Below, piece after piece: positions 39,425 to 50,112 of a DNA stretch of 64,000 bases. A program made the translations under genes and the position numbers. Location of the stretch: positions 57,976 through 121,975 of the forward strand of contig JBBAWM010000001.1 of assembly GCA_040397175.1 (NCBI GenBank), written 5' to 3'. The notes under the pieces were generated by a model that was not told where the DNA came from, did not search any database, and worked only from the letters and a program-made list of their open reading frames with translations. How positions within the stretch are numbered: the first letter of the stretch is position 1; each line of letters opens with the position of its first letter. Origin of the DNA: Candidatus Limnocylindrus sp. GTDB taxonomy: Bacteria; Chloroflexota; Limnocylindria; Limnocylindrales; Limnocylindraceae.

Positions 39425-40816
39425 ATGTTTCTCGACGTTGTAGAGATCCAGTTGGCCGCTGGGCGTGGTGGCGACGGTGCATCGACGATGCGCCGCGAGT
39501 CCCACGTACCACGTGGTGGTCCCGATGGCGGTGACGGCGGCCGAGGCGGCAGCATCTACGTTGCGGTCGACACCGGCCAGACGACCCTGCGTGACTTTGA
39601 GGTAAAGCGTCGATACGTTGCCGGCGATGCCAGCCAAGGCGGAAACAAGACGTCGCATGGGAAGGCCGGTCGTGACCTGGTGATTGGGGTGCCACCAGGC
39701 ACGGCGATCTTCGACGCAAAGAGTGGAGACCTCATCGCCGACCTGGTCTCACGTGAGCAGCATGTCTTGCTGGTGCGCGGTGGCCGCGGGGGGCTTGGCA
39801 ATGCGCACTTCACAACGGCAACGCACCAGGCACCGCGACATGCGCAAAAAGGAGAGCCGGGCGAGCTGCGCGAAGTGCGATTCGAACTACGGCTGATCGC
39901 TGATGTTGGACTGGTCGGTTTGCCAAATGCTGGGAAGTCCACGCTCCTTGCCGCTATCACTGCGGCGCAGCCAAAGATCGGCGACTACGCCTTCACCACC
40001 CTCGAGCCGAACCTTGGCGTGCTGGAACTCGGTATCGACGATGGGCGTCGACCAACGGTTGCTGATCTCCCAGGGCTCATCGAGGGGGCATCGATCGGTG
40101 CGGGCCTCGGCTTCGCCTTCCTACGACATGCCTCTCGCACGCGCGTGCTGGTGCATGTGGTGGATGCGTCGGCTCCCGACCCGGTACGCGACGCCGCGAT
40201 CATTCGCACGGAGCTTGAGGCGCATAACCCGGCGCTCCTTGAGAAGACCACCCTCGTCGCCCTCAACAAGCTCGATCGCCCCGAGGCGAAGGCCCGCGAG
40301 GCAGAACTCACCGCTGCGTTCCGTGAGCTTGGCCTGCACGTGCTGCCGATCTCTGCCGCGGGCGGCGAACGAGGTGAGGGGATCGCGGCGCTGCGCGATG
40401 CCTTGGCCGACCTCCTACCCGACGCCGAGACGCTCTCGTACCCCGCTGAGCCGGCGGGCGTAGTCGTGCATCGCATCAACCCCATTGCCTCGGTTGGCTT
40501 TGAGGTTAGCCGCGATGGCGATGGGTTCCGTGTCCGCGGTAAGGCAATCGAGCGACTCGTGCACCAGACCGACTTTGCGCGTGAAGAATCTGCGGAGCGA
40601 TTCCAGCATGAGCTCGCGCGTCAGGGAATTGAATCTGCGCTGCGTAAGGCCGGCTGCCGCAGCGGCGACACGGTGACGATCGGTGAGCTCTCACTCGAAT
40701 GGGATGATCCTGATGACGCGTCACTGCTCAACGCGGCTGAAGAGGCGGAGGCACTTGAGCTCGATGGAGTGCTCCTCCCTGCGGCGGCGAATAACGATGG
40801 GGAGAGCGAAGGGTGA
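39425..40816 (+). CDS. obgE: GTPase ObgE/CgtA
   Basis: GGPDGGDGGRGG, GLVGLPNAGKST, YAFTTLEPNLG, DLPGLIEGA, NKLD, C-terminal OCT domain. Confidence 0.96.
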   Translation: MFLDVVEIQLAAGRGGDGASTMRRESHVPRGGPDGGDGGRGGSIYVAVDTGQTTLRDFEVKRRYVAGDASQGGNKTSHGKAGRDLVIGVPPGTAIFDAKSGDLIADLVSREQHVLLVRGGRGGLGNAHFTTATHQAPRHAQKGEPGELREVRFELRLIADVGLVGLPNAGKSTLLAAITAAQPKIGDYAFTTLEPNLGVLELGIDDGRRPTVADLPGLIEGASIGAGLGFAFLRHASRTRVLVHVVDASAPDPVRDAAIIRTELEAHNPALLEKTTLVALNKLDRPEAKAREAELTAAFRELGLHVLPISAAGGERGEGIAALRDALADLLPDAETLSYPAEPAGVVVHRINPIASVGFEVSRDGDGFRVRGKAIERLVHQTDFAREESAERFQHELARQGIESALRKAGCRSGDTVTIGELSLEWDDPDDASLLNAAEEAEALELDGVLLPAAANNDGESEG

Positions 40817-41490
40817 GTGGGATCGGCATCCTTGGCGGTACGTTCGACCCGATTCACGACGGCCACCTAGCCCTCGGCCAGGCCGCCTACGAATTGCTGA
40901 AGCTTGACCATGTGCTCTTCGTGCCCGCTGCCCGACCACCACATAAGGTTGCAGATCGCGTTACCGACCCCGAGGTTCGTTGTCGCATGGTCGAACTAGC
41001 CATTGCTGGGAATCCCGCATTTGAGATGAGCCGCATGGAGATCGATCGCCCCGGCCTCTCCTACACCATCGACACACTCCGCACGATTGCGGCTGATCGG
41101 CGCGAGGGCGGCGCCGCACCAGAGCTCACCCTGATCCTCTCCGTGGAGTCGCTCCTTGGTTTCAACGAGTGGGAAGATGCGACGGGAATCCTTGATCTCG
41201 CGCAGGTTGCCGCGCTGCCGCGACCCGGAACGCCAACGCCAGATCGCGCCTGGCTGACCCGCCACTTCCCCGGACGGGAAGACCGCTTCCTCTATCTTGA
41301 CGGCTTCCACCTCTCACATGCCAGCCGAGAGTTGCGTGCATTGGCGGCGCGTGGTCGGTCCTTGCGATATCTCGTACCCGATGCAGTTGCCGACTTCATC
41401 CGCCGTGAAGGGCTCTACCGCGGTCGACCTGAGCTGGTACTAGAGCGGCCCGTTGAAGTCGAAGACGTGCCCGTTGATCCAGCGTCCTAA
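40813..41490 (+). CDS. nadD: Nicotinate-nucleotide adenylyltransferase
   Basis: GILGGTFDPIHDGH, PPHK, SYTIDTL, LRYLVPDAVADFI..GLY. Confidence 0.94.
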   Translation: MSGIGILGGTFDPIHDGHLALGQAAYELLKLDHVLFVPAARPPHKVADRVTDPEVRCRMVELAIAGNPAFEMSRMEIDRPGLSYTIDTLRTIAADRREGGAAPELTLILSVESLLGFNEWEDATGILDLAQVAALPRPGTPTPDRAWLTRHFPGREDRFLYLDGFHLSHASRELRALAARGRSLRYLVPDAVADFIRREGLYRGRPELVLERPVEVEDVPVDPAS

Positions 41491-41522
41491 TCGCGCAACC
41501 GCGAGTGCGGTACGCTGAGAGC

Positions 41523-41891
41523 ATGTCGACCAAACAGCAAACTGCCATTGAGCCGCACGACCTTGCGCGAAAGGTTGCCCTCCTTGCAGAGGAGAAGAAG
41601 GCAGCAGACATCCTCGTCTTAGACGTGAGCGGCCTGACTACCGTGACGGAGGCGTTTGTTATTTGTACCGGCGGCTCTGAACCGCAACTCGCGGCAATCA
41701 CGGAGAGCATCGTGAGCGGCATGGCAGAAGACGGCATCACGCCTGCACATCGCCATCGGGCCGCTGCATCACATTGGATTGTGCTGGATTACGGAAGCGT
41801 CATCGTGCACATCTTTACACCGCCAGAGCGTGACTTTTATAAGCTGGAACAGCTCTGGTCTGATGCGAAGGTGCTCGTCCGAATCCAGTAG
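41523..41891 (+). CDS. rsfS: Ribosome silencing factor
   Basis: EKKAADILVLDV, FVICTG, WIVLDYGSVIVHIF...ERDFYKLEQLW. Confidence 0.95.
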   Translation: MSTKQQTAIEPHDLARKVALLAEEKKAADILVLDVSGLTTVTEAFVICTGGSEPQLAAITESIVSGMAEDGITPAHRHRAAASHWIVLDYGSVIVHIFTPPERDFYKLEQLWSDAKVLVRIQ

Positions 41892-41893
41892 TC

Positions 41894-42865
41894 CTACTTC
41901 GGGAGAAGGCTCTTTACAATTCGATTGATGTCGCTCTGCCGTGGGCGCCACCTCAACGTGCTCTGCGCCCGTGAGATGTCGGCCACGAGTCGTGGCGGAT
42001 CACCAACACGGCGTGGGTGCTCGTGCACCTCAATGCGATTCCCCGAGGCCTTCTCGATGGCCTTGATCACCTCGCGAATACTCGTGCCGGCGCCGCTACC
42101 GATGTTGATTGCGCTAAAGCCTTGCGAGCCTTCGGTGGCGAGTTTCTCGACGGCAGCGAGGTGGGCCGCAGCAACGTCGGCAACATGGACATAGTCACGG
42201 ATCGCGGTGCGGTCTGGTGTGGTGTAGTCGTTGCCATACAGCGCGAAGGGCTCCCCCGTTTGGGCTGCGGTCATGAGTCGTGGCAGCAGGTGCGTTTCAG
42301 GGCTGTGGCGCTCCACCACTCGATCTGTCGCCCCAGCGACGTTGAAGTAGCGCAGCGCGATTGACTCGAGGCCGTGTGCCTGGGCATACGCACGGAGTAC
42401 CTGCTCGAAGGCGGCCTTCGTTGCTCCATATGGATTGATCGGCGCGAGCGGGAGCTCCTCGTGGATCACGCTCGAAGAGGGTGCACCGTACACCGCGGCA
42501 CTCGACGAGAAGATCAGGCGCTTCACGCCCACGGCGATTGCCGCGTCGAGGAGTGCGATGCTGCCAACAAGATTGGTCTTGAAGTAGCGCTCCGGCTGCG
42601 CCACGCTCTCGGCAACGATGCTCAGCGCTCCGATATGCAGGATCGTGTCGATTCGCGCGTCGCGCAGCACGCTCTGCATCCGATCCCCATCGGCGTAGCT
42701 GGCGATAACAGACGACGTCTCATTTGGAATCATGTTGGCGTGCCCAACCGAGAGGTCATCCAAGATGACGACGCGATGACCCGCTTCGATTAGTACGTCA
42801 ACGCTCGCGGAGCCGATGTATCCAGCCCCACCTGTCACCAAGATCGTGCGCGGCTCCATCGTCAT
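41894..42865 (-). CDS. galE: UDP-glucose 4-epimerase
   Basis: VTGGAGYIGS, FSSSAAVYG, PYGATK, LRYFNVAGA, IRDYVHV.D. Confidence 0.93.
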   Translation of the reverse strand: MTMEPRTILVTGGAGYIGSASVDVLIEAGHRVVILDDLSVGHANMIPNETSSVIASYADGDRMQSVLRDARIDTILHIGALSIVAESVAQPERYFKTNLVGSIALLDAAIAVGVKRLIFSSSAAVYGAPSSSVIHEELPLAPINPYGATKAAFEQVLRAYAQAHGLESIALRYFNVAGATDRVVERHSPETHLLPRLMTAAQTGEPFALYGNDYTTPDRTAIRDYVHVADVAAAHLAAVEKLATEGSQGFSAINIGSGAGTSIREVIKAIEKASGNRIEVHEHPRRVGDPPRLVADISRAQSTLRWRPRQSDINRIVKSLLPK

Positions 42866-42874
42866 GGAGAGAGT

Positions 42875-44215
42875 CTAGGCGATGGAGTCGCGCCCTTCAC
42901 GATCGGCGACGCGATCACACCACGCCAGAAGGTCACCCTCTATGTTGGGCACGCGACCGCGAGCGGTGTCATCAACCAGGCGCGCGAGGAGTGCTGCGAC
43001 CCATGGACCAGGGGCGCGACCGAGTCGAGCAACCAGCGCATCACCCCCAACGGCGAGATTGCTCGCCGAGGCAGGAATCTGCTGTGCGTCACCATCTGTG
43101 CACGATGTGAGGAGCGCAGCCGCGGTGCCATTCGCCCGACCCGCGGCGATCCGACGACGAATCTGTCGTGCCGCATCCCGTGGGTCACCGGTGGTGGCGG
43201 CAGCGACGATGCGCAGCGCGGTCCCATCGAGTTGACCTCGCTCCGCCGCGCTCTCCGCAGCTGCCACGGCACGATCAAGAGCGCGAATCTGCTGAATTGC
43301 CGCAATCGTTGCGCGTGGACGTCGCCAAGATTCGAGGAGCGCCGCCACGTCGTCATCGTCGGTGATCGGTAGCAGCAGTTCATTCATGCGCCCCAACGGA
43401 TCTGGCGCATCGGGAAGCTCTCGACCGCCGATCGATTCGACCCGCATGCCAACCTCCGGGCTCCATTCAGCAGCGAGTGCGGGCGCAATAGCGGCAAGGA
43501 TCCCAAGATCTGCAGCGAGTTGTACGGCGTGCGCCGGGAGTTTCGCGGCAAGGATCCCGTCGATCTCTGCGCCGATCCGCTCCCCGGAGAGGCGCGCCGC
43601 GAGTGGAGCATCGTGCTGAATCGCTGCGGCTGTTGCCGGTTCGAGCGTGAGGCCGAATCTCGCGACAAATCGAATCGCGCGAAGCATGCGCAGCGCATCT
43701 TCAATAAAGCGCTCCGACGGATCTCCAACGGCACGAAGCAGGCTGTTCGCCAGATCGTCGATGCCACCGTGAGGATCGATGATGGCTCCATCAGCGACCG
43801 GATCGGCGCGGCGGCTCGCCTCAGGGGCGAGGCCGTAGGCGATCGCGTTCATCGTAAAGTCTCGTCGCGCAAGGTCGCCCTCGATGCGCGCAAGGAAGGT
43901 CACCTCGTCGGGGCGACGTCCATCGCTACTGCCGCTGTCGGCACGAAACGTGGTGATCTCGCGCACGGTGGCGTCACTCGTTGGCACTCCGACCGTGCCG
44001 AATCGATTCTCATACCGTGCGTTTGGGAAGATGCTGCGCATCTGCTCTGGCGTCGCCTCGGTGGCAAGATCCCAGTCGACGGGAGTGCGCCCAGCGATCA
44101 CATCGCGGATTGCGCCACCAACAACGTATGCGCCAAAACCCGCGGCACGCAGCGCGCGCAACAGATCGGCCACATCGCGAGGGATGGCGGCGCGAACCGC
44201 CGCCGCGGGGGTCAC
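42875..44215 (-). CDS. cca: Class II tRNA nucleotidyltransferase (CCA-adding family), no HD domain evident
   Basis: VGGAIRD, DWDLAT, EITTFR, DLARRDFTMNA, EDALRMLRAIRF, SGERI..E. Confidence 0.88.
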   Translation of the reverse strand: MTPAAAVRAAIPRDVADLLRALRAAGFGAYVVGGAIRDVIAGRTPVDWDLATEATPEQMRSIFPNARYENRFGTVGVPTSDATVREITTFRADSGSSDGRRPDEVTFLARIEGDLARRDFTMNAIAYGLAPEASRRADPVADGAIIDPHGGIDDLANSLLRAVGDPSERFIEDALRMLRAIRFVARFGLTLEPATAAAIQHDAPLAARLSGERIGAEIDGILAAKLPAHAVQLAADLGILAAIAPALAAEWSPEVGMRVESIGGRELPDAPDPLGRMNELLLPITDDDDVAALLESWRRPRATIAAIQQIRALDRAVAAAESAAERGQLDGTALRIVAAATTGDPRDAARQIRRRIAAGRANGTAAALLTSCTDGDAQQIPASASNLAVGGDALVARLGRAPGPWVAALLARLVDDTARGRVPNIEGDLLAWCDRVADREGRDSIA

Positions 44216-44745
44216 GCGCCGCTGGCCGCGGCGCTGTCGCTAATGAAGAGGAAGTCGCGCCACGCGGAATAGGCGCTATGTCGTAGGTAGGGGAGGAAGA
44301 CGGCGTACACGTCGCAGCGTGGCTCATATGGCTTGCGCCTGAGCTGTAAGCCTGCGGCCTCGGGGAGGCGATCCCCCTTGCGGTGGTTGCACGCCATGCA
44401 GGCCGTGACGAGGTTCTCCCACGTCCAGGTGTCGCCGCCACGACTCTTCGGCACGATGTGATCGATCGTCAGGGAGACGCCGGTGCGGCCGCAGTACTGG
44501 CAGGCGTGACCGTCGCGCGCGAAGATCTCCTTGCGGCTCAACTTGGCGCGCGGACGTGGCCGGCGCACGCGGTGGCGGAGTCGCACCACAGAGGGGGCGG
44601 TCCAGCTGCGCGATGCGCTGCGGATCGGGTCACCCTCGGCGAGGATTTCGGCCTTACCTCCTAAGACAAGTCGGAAGGCGCGCGGCAGGGAGGCGACGTT
44701 GAGCGGTTCGTAGTCCTGATTCAGAACGAGGACCTCACTGTTCAT
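44212..44745 (-). CDS. HNH endonuclease (McrA-like)
   Basis: VLVLNQDYEPL, IFARDGHACQYCG, TIDHIVPKSRGG...WENLVTACMACNHRKG. Confidence 0.92.
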   Translation of the reverse strand: MNSEVLVLNQDYEPLNVASLPRAFRLVLGGKAEILAEGDPIRSASRSWTAPSVVRLRHRVRRPRPRAKLSRKEIFARDGHACQYCGRTGVSLTIDHIVPKSRGGDTWTWENLVTACMACNHRKGDRLPEAAGLQLRRKPYEPRCDVYAVFLPYLRHSAYSAWRDFLFISDSAAASGA

Positions 44746-44830
44746 ATGAGCGCGATCGTAGCAGGGGATCTGCGCTCAACGGGCGGCCGTTTACCCCACG
44801 GTGGGCGGGGCGGTGTGCGAGAATATGGGC

Positions 44831-45730
44831 ATGCCAGCACCAAAACGCGCCAAGACGTCAACCTGGGCCACGAAGAGCGGCCTCGCCCAAATGCTGAAGG
44901 GCGGGGTGATCATGGACGTCGTGAACCCGGCAGAGGCGAAGATCGCCCAGGAGGCCGGCGCCGTTGCCGTCATGGCACTGGAGCGCGTCCCCTCGGACAT
45001 TCGCCGCGACGGTGGTGTTGCCCGCATGAGCGACCCCGACATGATCAAGGGGATCCAAGCCGCCGTGTCGATTCCGGTCATGGCGAAGGCGCGCATCGGC
45101 CACGAGAGCGAGGCGCGCATCCTCGAGGCGCTTGACGTTGACTACATTGATGAGTCCGAAGTCCTCACCCCTGCCGACGATCGTTACCACCTCAACAAGC
45201 ACGACTTCAAGGTGCCATTCGTTTGTGGCTGCAAGGATCTTGGCGAAGCACTCCGACGCATCAACGAGGGCGCCGCAATGATGCGCACCAAGGGTGAGGC
45301 GGGGACTGGCAACATCGTTGAGGCGGTGCGCCACATTCGCACGGTCTCCGAGGAGATCGCCGCACTAAAGGGACAGAGCGAGAAGCGCCTGCGCGCCGCC
45401 GCCAAGGAGATGCGTGTCCCCTATGAGCTGGTGAAGCTCACCGTTAAGGCGGGCCGACTCCCTGTCGTCAACTTTGTCGCGGGCGGTATCGCCACCCCAG
45501 CCGACGCGGCGCTCTCCATGTGGCTTGGCGCTGATGGCGTCTTTGTCGGCTCCGGCATCTTCAAGGCGAAGAACCCGGCCAAGACCGCCGTCGCCATCGT
45601 GCAGGCAACAACGCACTGGAAGAACGCCGCCATCCTTGCCGAGGTTTCGGCAGGCCTTGGTGAGGCGATGAAGGGGATTGAGATGCGCACGATCCCCGAG
45701 GGCGAACGCCTCTCCAAGCGCGGCTGGTAG
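44831..45730 (+). CDS. pdxS: Pyridoxal 5'-phosphate synthase, synthase subunit
   Basis: [60 protein letters not shown]. Confidence 0.97.
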   Translation: MPAPKRAKTSTWATKSGLAQMLKGGVIMDVVNPAEAKIAQEAGAVAVMALERVPSDIRRDGGVARMSDPDMIKGIQAAVSIPVMAKARIGHESEARILEALDVDYIDESEVLTPADDRYHLNKHDFKVPFVCGCKDLGEALRRINEGAAMMRTKGEAGTGNIVEAVRHIRTVSEEIAALKGQSEKRLRAAAKEMRVPYELVKLTVKAGRLPVVNFVAGGIATPADAALSMWLGADGVFVGSGIFKAKNPAKTAVAIVQATTHWKNAAILAEVSAGLGEAMKGIEMRTIPEGERLSKRGW

Positions 45731-45734
45731 CACC

Positions 45735-46349
45735 GTGGCGAAGCGCCACACCACGCCAGTCATTGGTGTGCTTGCAGTTCAGGGTGACTTTGCCGAACAC
45801 ATCCGCATGTTGGAAAGCCTCGGCGTTGAAGCGCGCGAGATTCGACTTCCAGGCGATCTCGACGGAGTAGATGGTCTCATCCTTCCCGGTGGTGAGAGCA
45901 CCGCGATGCGCAAGCTGTTGCATCGCTGGGAGCTCGTAAAACCAATTAAGGCGCTGGCGAAGCGCGGCGCGCCAATCTTGGGTACCTGTGCGGGGGCGAT
46001 CCTGCTTGCGACAAAGATTGCCGATGGCGATGAACCAGTCCTCTCGCTGCTCGACATTGAGGTGCGGCGCAATGCCTTCGGGCGGCAGCTCGAGTCATTC
46101 GAAACCAGCCTGACCATGGAGGGCTTCGGCAAGGAGGGGCGTTCGCGCACGATCCATGCCGTTTTCATTCGTGCCCCCGAGATCGTGAAGGTTGGTCCGT
46201 CGGCTCGCGCGGTTGCGACGCTCGATGATGGGCGCATCGTGGCGGCGCGCCAGGGGCGGATCCTTGGCATTGCCTTCCACCCCGAGATCACGGGCGAGAC
46301 GGGCGTGCACCGCTGGCTTGTTACCGAGGCGTTAGCGGCCGCGCTCTAG
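45735..46349 (+). CDS. pdxT: Pyridoxal 5'-phosphate synthase, glutaminase subunit
   Basis: GVLAVQGDFAEH, LPGGEST, GTCAGAILL, RNAFGRQLESF, FIRAP, FHPE. Confidence 0.96.
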   Translation: MAKRHTTPVIGVLAVQGDFAEHIRMLESLGVEAREIRLPGDLDGVDGLILPGGESTAMRKLLHRWELVKPIKALAKRGAPILGTCAGAILLATKIADGDEPVLSLLDIEVRRNAFGRQLESFETSLTMEGFGKEGRSRTIHAVFIRAPEIVKVGPSARAVATLDDGRIVAARQGRILGIAFHPEITGETGVHRWLVTEALAAAL

Positions 46350-46405
46350 GAGCCAAAAGAGACGCACGACGCGACGGCACGCGAGCCGCACGCTAAGATT
46401 TGCCC

Positions 46406-48343
46406 ATGAGCATTGCTCGCGACCCCCACGAAGAACCAGCGCGTACCGCGATTCAAGACGAGGCGATTGTCGACAACCTCGACCTGCTCCTCGACTGTCT
46501 CCCTGGTGAGATCGTCGCGGCAATTCGTGAGTTGGCTACCCACGAAGATCTTGCCGCCGGCCGAGATGGCCTACTCGAAATCGTTCTCGACCTTGGTCGC
46601 CGACCAGAGGCACGCATCACCTCGGGCGATGTCACGCTACTGGAACGAGAGATCACCGAAGAAGACTTGAACTGGGTGATCTCGCGCATTGGAAGCTTTG
46701 GCGGTGATAATCGCGCCGGCATCGAGCGCACCCTCCATCGCATCTCCGCGATTCGTAATCGCTCCGATCGAGTCGTTGGCCTCACCTGCCGCGTTGGCCG
46801 CTCGGTCTTCGGCACGATTGAAATCCTCCGCGATCACATCGAGGCGGGCCGATCGATCCTGATCATGGGTCGCCCTGGTGTTGGCAAGACCACCATGCTC
46901 CGCGAGGCGGCCCGCGTCCTCGCCTCGGAGTTCAGCAAGCGCGTCGTGGTAGTCGACACCTCGAACGAGATTGCCGGTGACGGCGACATTCCACATCCGG
47001 CAATCGGCAAGGCCCGACGCATGCAGGTGAGCGCGCCAGAGCGACAGCACCTCGTGATGATCGAGGCTGTCGAGAACCACATGCCCGAGGTGATCGTGAT
47101 CGACGAGATCGGCACTGAGGCCGAGGCCATTGCCGCACGAACGATCGCCGAGCGCGGCGTGCAACTGATCGGAACCGCCCACGGCAACAGCCTCGATAAC
47201 CTGATGTTGAACCCAACGCTGACCGACCTGATCGGCGGCATTCAGACCGTCACCCTTGGTGACGACGAGGCGCGCCGTCGCCGCACGCAGAAGAGCGTGT
47301 TGGAGCGCAAGGCGCCACCAACCTTTGATGTGATCGTGGAAATCATCGATCGCGACCACATCTTGGTGCACGAGGATGTTGCAGGAACCGTTGATGCGCT
47401 GCTGCGCGGCGACGCGGTTGCCCCCGAAGAGCGCTGGCGTGATGAGGGTGGCGTGCGCCGCTCTCAGTCGCGCATCCGACCTGGACAAACAGCCCAAGGA
47501 GAGTCACGCCGATTTGGTGGGTTGACCCCTGGGGATGATCGACGCGGACGTCGGAGCGATCGTGGTGATCGCGGCGATGATGCCCGTGGCGGCTGGCGAC
47601 GGAACCGTGAACAGGCGCGGTACGTAGAGACCATTCCAGGTGGCACAGCGGCACCAGTGATTCGTGCATTTGAAGGCGATCAGGTGGGTGGTGGCAGTTG
47701 GCGACCTGAACGCGGTTGGAGCCACCAGTCGATGGCATCCACTATCGCCGACATGGATCACGAACCCATCGGTCGAACGATTGACGGCGCACTTGTTCCA
47801 GCGGAGTGGGATGAGGCGCCCAGCGCCGACGGTGATGATGAGCGAAGCGTCAGTCAGCTCCCTGAACTTCGCGTCTTGGCGCACGGCATCTCACGCAAAA
47901 AGCTTGAGGCGGCAATTCGCGAACTCGGGCTCCCTGCGACGACTGCGCGTACCGCCGATGAGGCTGATGCCGTTGTAACGATTCGCAACGAGTTCAAGCA
48001 GCGCGGCACGCCGATTGTGGACGCAGAGCGACGTGGCGTGCCGGTGCATGTGTTGAAGAGCAACGCCTCAGAACAGATGGAGCGCGCGCTGCTCGACATC
48101 TATCAGCTGCCACACGACCCCCGTGAGATTGCGATGCGCGAAGCGAAGGCGGGGATTGAAGAGGTGGGGCGCACCCAACATCCCGTCGAGCTTGCGCCGC
48201 AAAACGCCTACATCCGGCGGTTACAGCACCAACTCGCTGGCGATGCCGGTGTCACCAGTAGCTCGCGCGGACGTGACCCGCATCGACGGGTTCGACTTGA
48301 ACCCCAGGGTCGCTCCTCGGGCACCCCACGTCGTCGACGCTAA
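46406..48343 (+). CDS. Ycf45/SpoIIIAA-like AAA ATPase with C-terminal R3H domain
   Basis: [62 protein letters not shown]; R3[12 protein letters not shown]. Confidence 0.88.
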   Translation: MSIARDPHEEPARTAIQDEAIVDNLDLLLDCLPGEIVAAIRELATHEDLAAGRDGLLEIVLDLGRRPEARITSGDVTLLEREITEEDLNWVISRIGSFGGDNRAGIERTLHRISAIRNRSDRVVGLTCRVGRSVFGTIEILRDHIEAGRSILIMGRPGVGKTTMLREAARVLASEFSKRVVVVDTSNEIAGDGDIPHPAIGKARRMQVSAPERQHLVMIEAVENHMPEVIVIDEIGTEAEAIAARTIAERGVQLIGTAHGNSLDNLMLNPTLTDLIGGIQTVTLGDDEARRRRTQKSVLERKAPPTFDVIVEIIDRDHILVHEDVAGTVDALLRGDAVAPEERWRDEGGVRRSQSRIRPGQTAQGESRRFGGLTPGDDRRGRRSDRGDRGDDARGGWRRNREQARYVETIPGGTAAPVIRAFEGDQVGGGSWRPERGWSHQSMASTIADMDHEPIGRTIDGALVPAEWDEAPSADGDDERSVSQLPELRVLAHGISRKKLEAAIRELGLPATTARTADEADAVVTIRNEFKQRGTPIVDAERRGVPVHVLKSNASEQMERALLDIYQLPHDPREIAMREAKAGIEEVGRTQHPVELAPQNAYIRRLQHQLAGDAGVTSSSRGRDPHRRVRLEPQGRSSGTPRRRR

Positions 48344-48349
48344 GCCACG

Positions 48350-48970
48350 ATGTTCATCACCTTTGAGGGCCCAGATGGATCGGGGAAGTCTACCCAGATC
48401 GCCCTCCTGGCCGAGCGGCTTCGCGCCGCAGGTCGTGAAGTTCTGACCGTGCGCGAGCCCGGTGGCACACCGGCAGGCGAGCGTATCCGAGCGCTGCTCC
48501 TGGGCGAGGGTGGGAGCGTCGAGATCAACCCACGTGCCGATGCACTCCTGTTCAACGCATCCCGTTCGCAGTTGGTGGCGGAGGTAATTCGCCCCGCCCT
48601 GGCGCGTGGCGCCACCGTCATTGCCGACCGGTTCGCAGATTCCACGCTGGCCTACCAGGGCTACGGAAGCGGGCTCCCGCTCGACGAGCTGCGCGCGGCG
48701 ATCAGTTTTGCTACCGCAGGGCTGACCCCAGACCTCACCGTGCTTTTGGACCTGCCCGCCGAAGAGGGGCTCGCCCGCAAGTCGGGTGACGGCCGCACGC
48801 GCTTTGAAGAGGGGTTCGACGCCGCCTTTCATGTGCGCGTCGCCGACGGGTTCCGCGCACTTGCCGCCGCAGAGCCAGCACGCTGGCGCACCGTTGACGC
48901 ACGCCGCCCGAAGGGTGAGCTTGCGGATGAGATTGCCTCACTCGTTGGCCTCGCTACACTTCGCCAATGA
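48350..48970 (+). CDS. tmk: Thymidylate kinase
   Basis: FITFEGPDGSGKST, REPGGT, DRFADSTLAYQG, PDLTVLLD. Confidence 0.96.
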   Translation: MFITFEGPDGSGKSTQIALLAERLRAAGREVLTVREPGGTPAGERIRALLLGEGGSVEINPRADALLFNASRSQLVAEVIRPALARGATVIADRFADSTLAYQGYGSGLPLDELRAAISFATAGLTPDLTVLLDLPAEEGLARKSGDGRTRFEEGFDAAFHVRVADGFRALAAAEPARWRTVDARRPKGELADEIASLVGLATLRQ

Positions 48971-50112
48971 ATGGCCCCTTCATCTCCAAGATCGACACCC
49001 TTCGACCGGCGTTCGGGTTTGACGACATCTCGCTCGCCCCTGGCACCGACACGATTGACCCTGCCGACGTTGACCTGACACAAGAGTTTTGTGGGATTCC
49101 GCTCACCGAGCCAATCATCGCGTCCGCAATGGATGCGGTCGTTTCGCCGAAAACGGCGGGGGTACTCCGTGGCCTCGGCTCACTGGCCTTCATCAACCTT
49201 GAAGGGCTCTGGTTCCGCTATGAAGATCCCGCCGCCCAATACGCTGCAATCATTTCTGCAGCCGCCGACACGGTGCAGGCCACCTTTGCCGATCTCTATG
49301 CCGCGCCGATTCGTCCAGAGCTGATCGCCCGCCGCATTGCGGAGATGCGTGCAGCCGGTGCACCCGTTGCAATCGCTGCGACACCGCAAGCGGTTGGCAA
49401 GTATGCCGACGCACTCATCGGTGCGGATGTTGACCTGCTGCTCATTCAAAGTCAGGTCTCATCTGCCCGACACATCGCGTCGGGATACGCGCCACTCGAA
49501 CTCTCTGCATTCGTGAAGCGCGCCGGGATGCCGGTGGCGATCGGCAACACCACGAACGCTGACGCCGCCTACGCCCTGATGGAGCAGGGGGCCGCCGCCG
49601 TCTTCGTTGGCGTTGGGCCAGGAAACGCCTGCACCACCCGAGAGGTGCTCGGCATTGGCGTGCCGCAAGTGACCGCCGTCAGCGATGTCGCCGCTGCCCG
49701 CGATGCCTACTTCGCTGCGACCGGTCGGTATGTCCCCGTGGTCGCCGATGGTGGCATTCGCAAGGGGGGTGAGATCGCAAAGGCGCTCGCCGTTGGTGCT
49801 GACGCGGTGATGATCGGTTCACCACTCGCCCGAGGCAGCGAGGCCCCTGGTGGTGGATTCAACTGGGGGATGGCGGCGCCGTCGCCAACGCTTCCTCGTG
49901 GCACGCGCATCAACGTTGGCACGGTTGGGAGCATGGAGCAGATCCTGCATGGCCCATCACGCGTGACCGACGGCAGTGAGAATCTTGCCGGCGCGGTACG
50001 TCAGTCTGCAGCCGCACTCGGCGTACAAAATGTGAAAGGCTTCCGCAACGTTGAGGTGATCTACGCGCCAGCGGCGGCAACCGAAGGGAAGAGCTGGCAG
50101 CGTGGGCGCTAG
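48967..50112 (+). CDS. GuaB3-family IMP dehydrogenase-related protein (no CBS domains)
   Basis: [59 protein letters not shown]. Confidence 0.9.
   Translation: MNGPFISKIDTLRPAFGFDDISLAPGTDTIDPADVDLTQEFCGIPLTEPIIASAMDAVVSPKTAGVLRGLGSLAFINLEGLWFRYEDPAAQYAAIISAAADTVQATFADLYAAPIRPELIARRIAEMRAAGAPVAIAATPQAVGKYADALIGADVDLLLIQSQVSSARHIASGYAPLELSAFVKRAGMPVAIGNTTNADAAYALMEQGAAAVFVGVGPGNACTTREVLGIGVPQVTAVSDVAAARDAYFAATGRYVPVVADGGIRKGGEIAKALAVGADAVMIGSPLARGSEAPGGGFNWGMAAPSPTLPRGTRINVGTVGSMEQILHGPSRVTDGSENLAGAVRQSAAALGVQNVKGFRNVEVIYAPAAATEGKSWQRGR

Noticed and set aside
44212-44745. HNH gene as a mobile element, IscB or defence nuclease
   Set aside because: Only 177 aa, no RuvC motifs or PLMP, no flanking ncRNA space, repeats or methylase; it looks like the common stand-alone family
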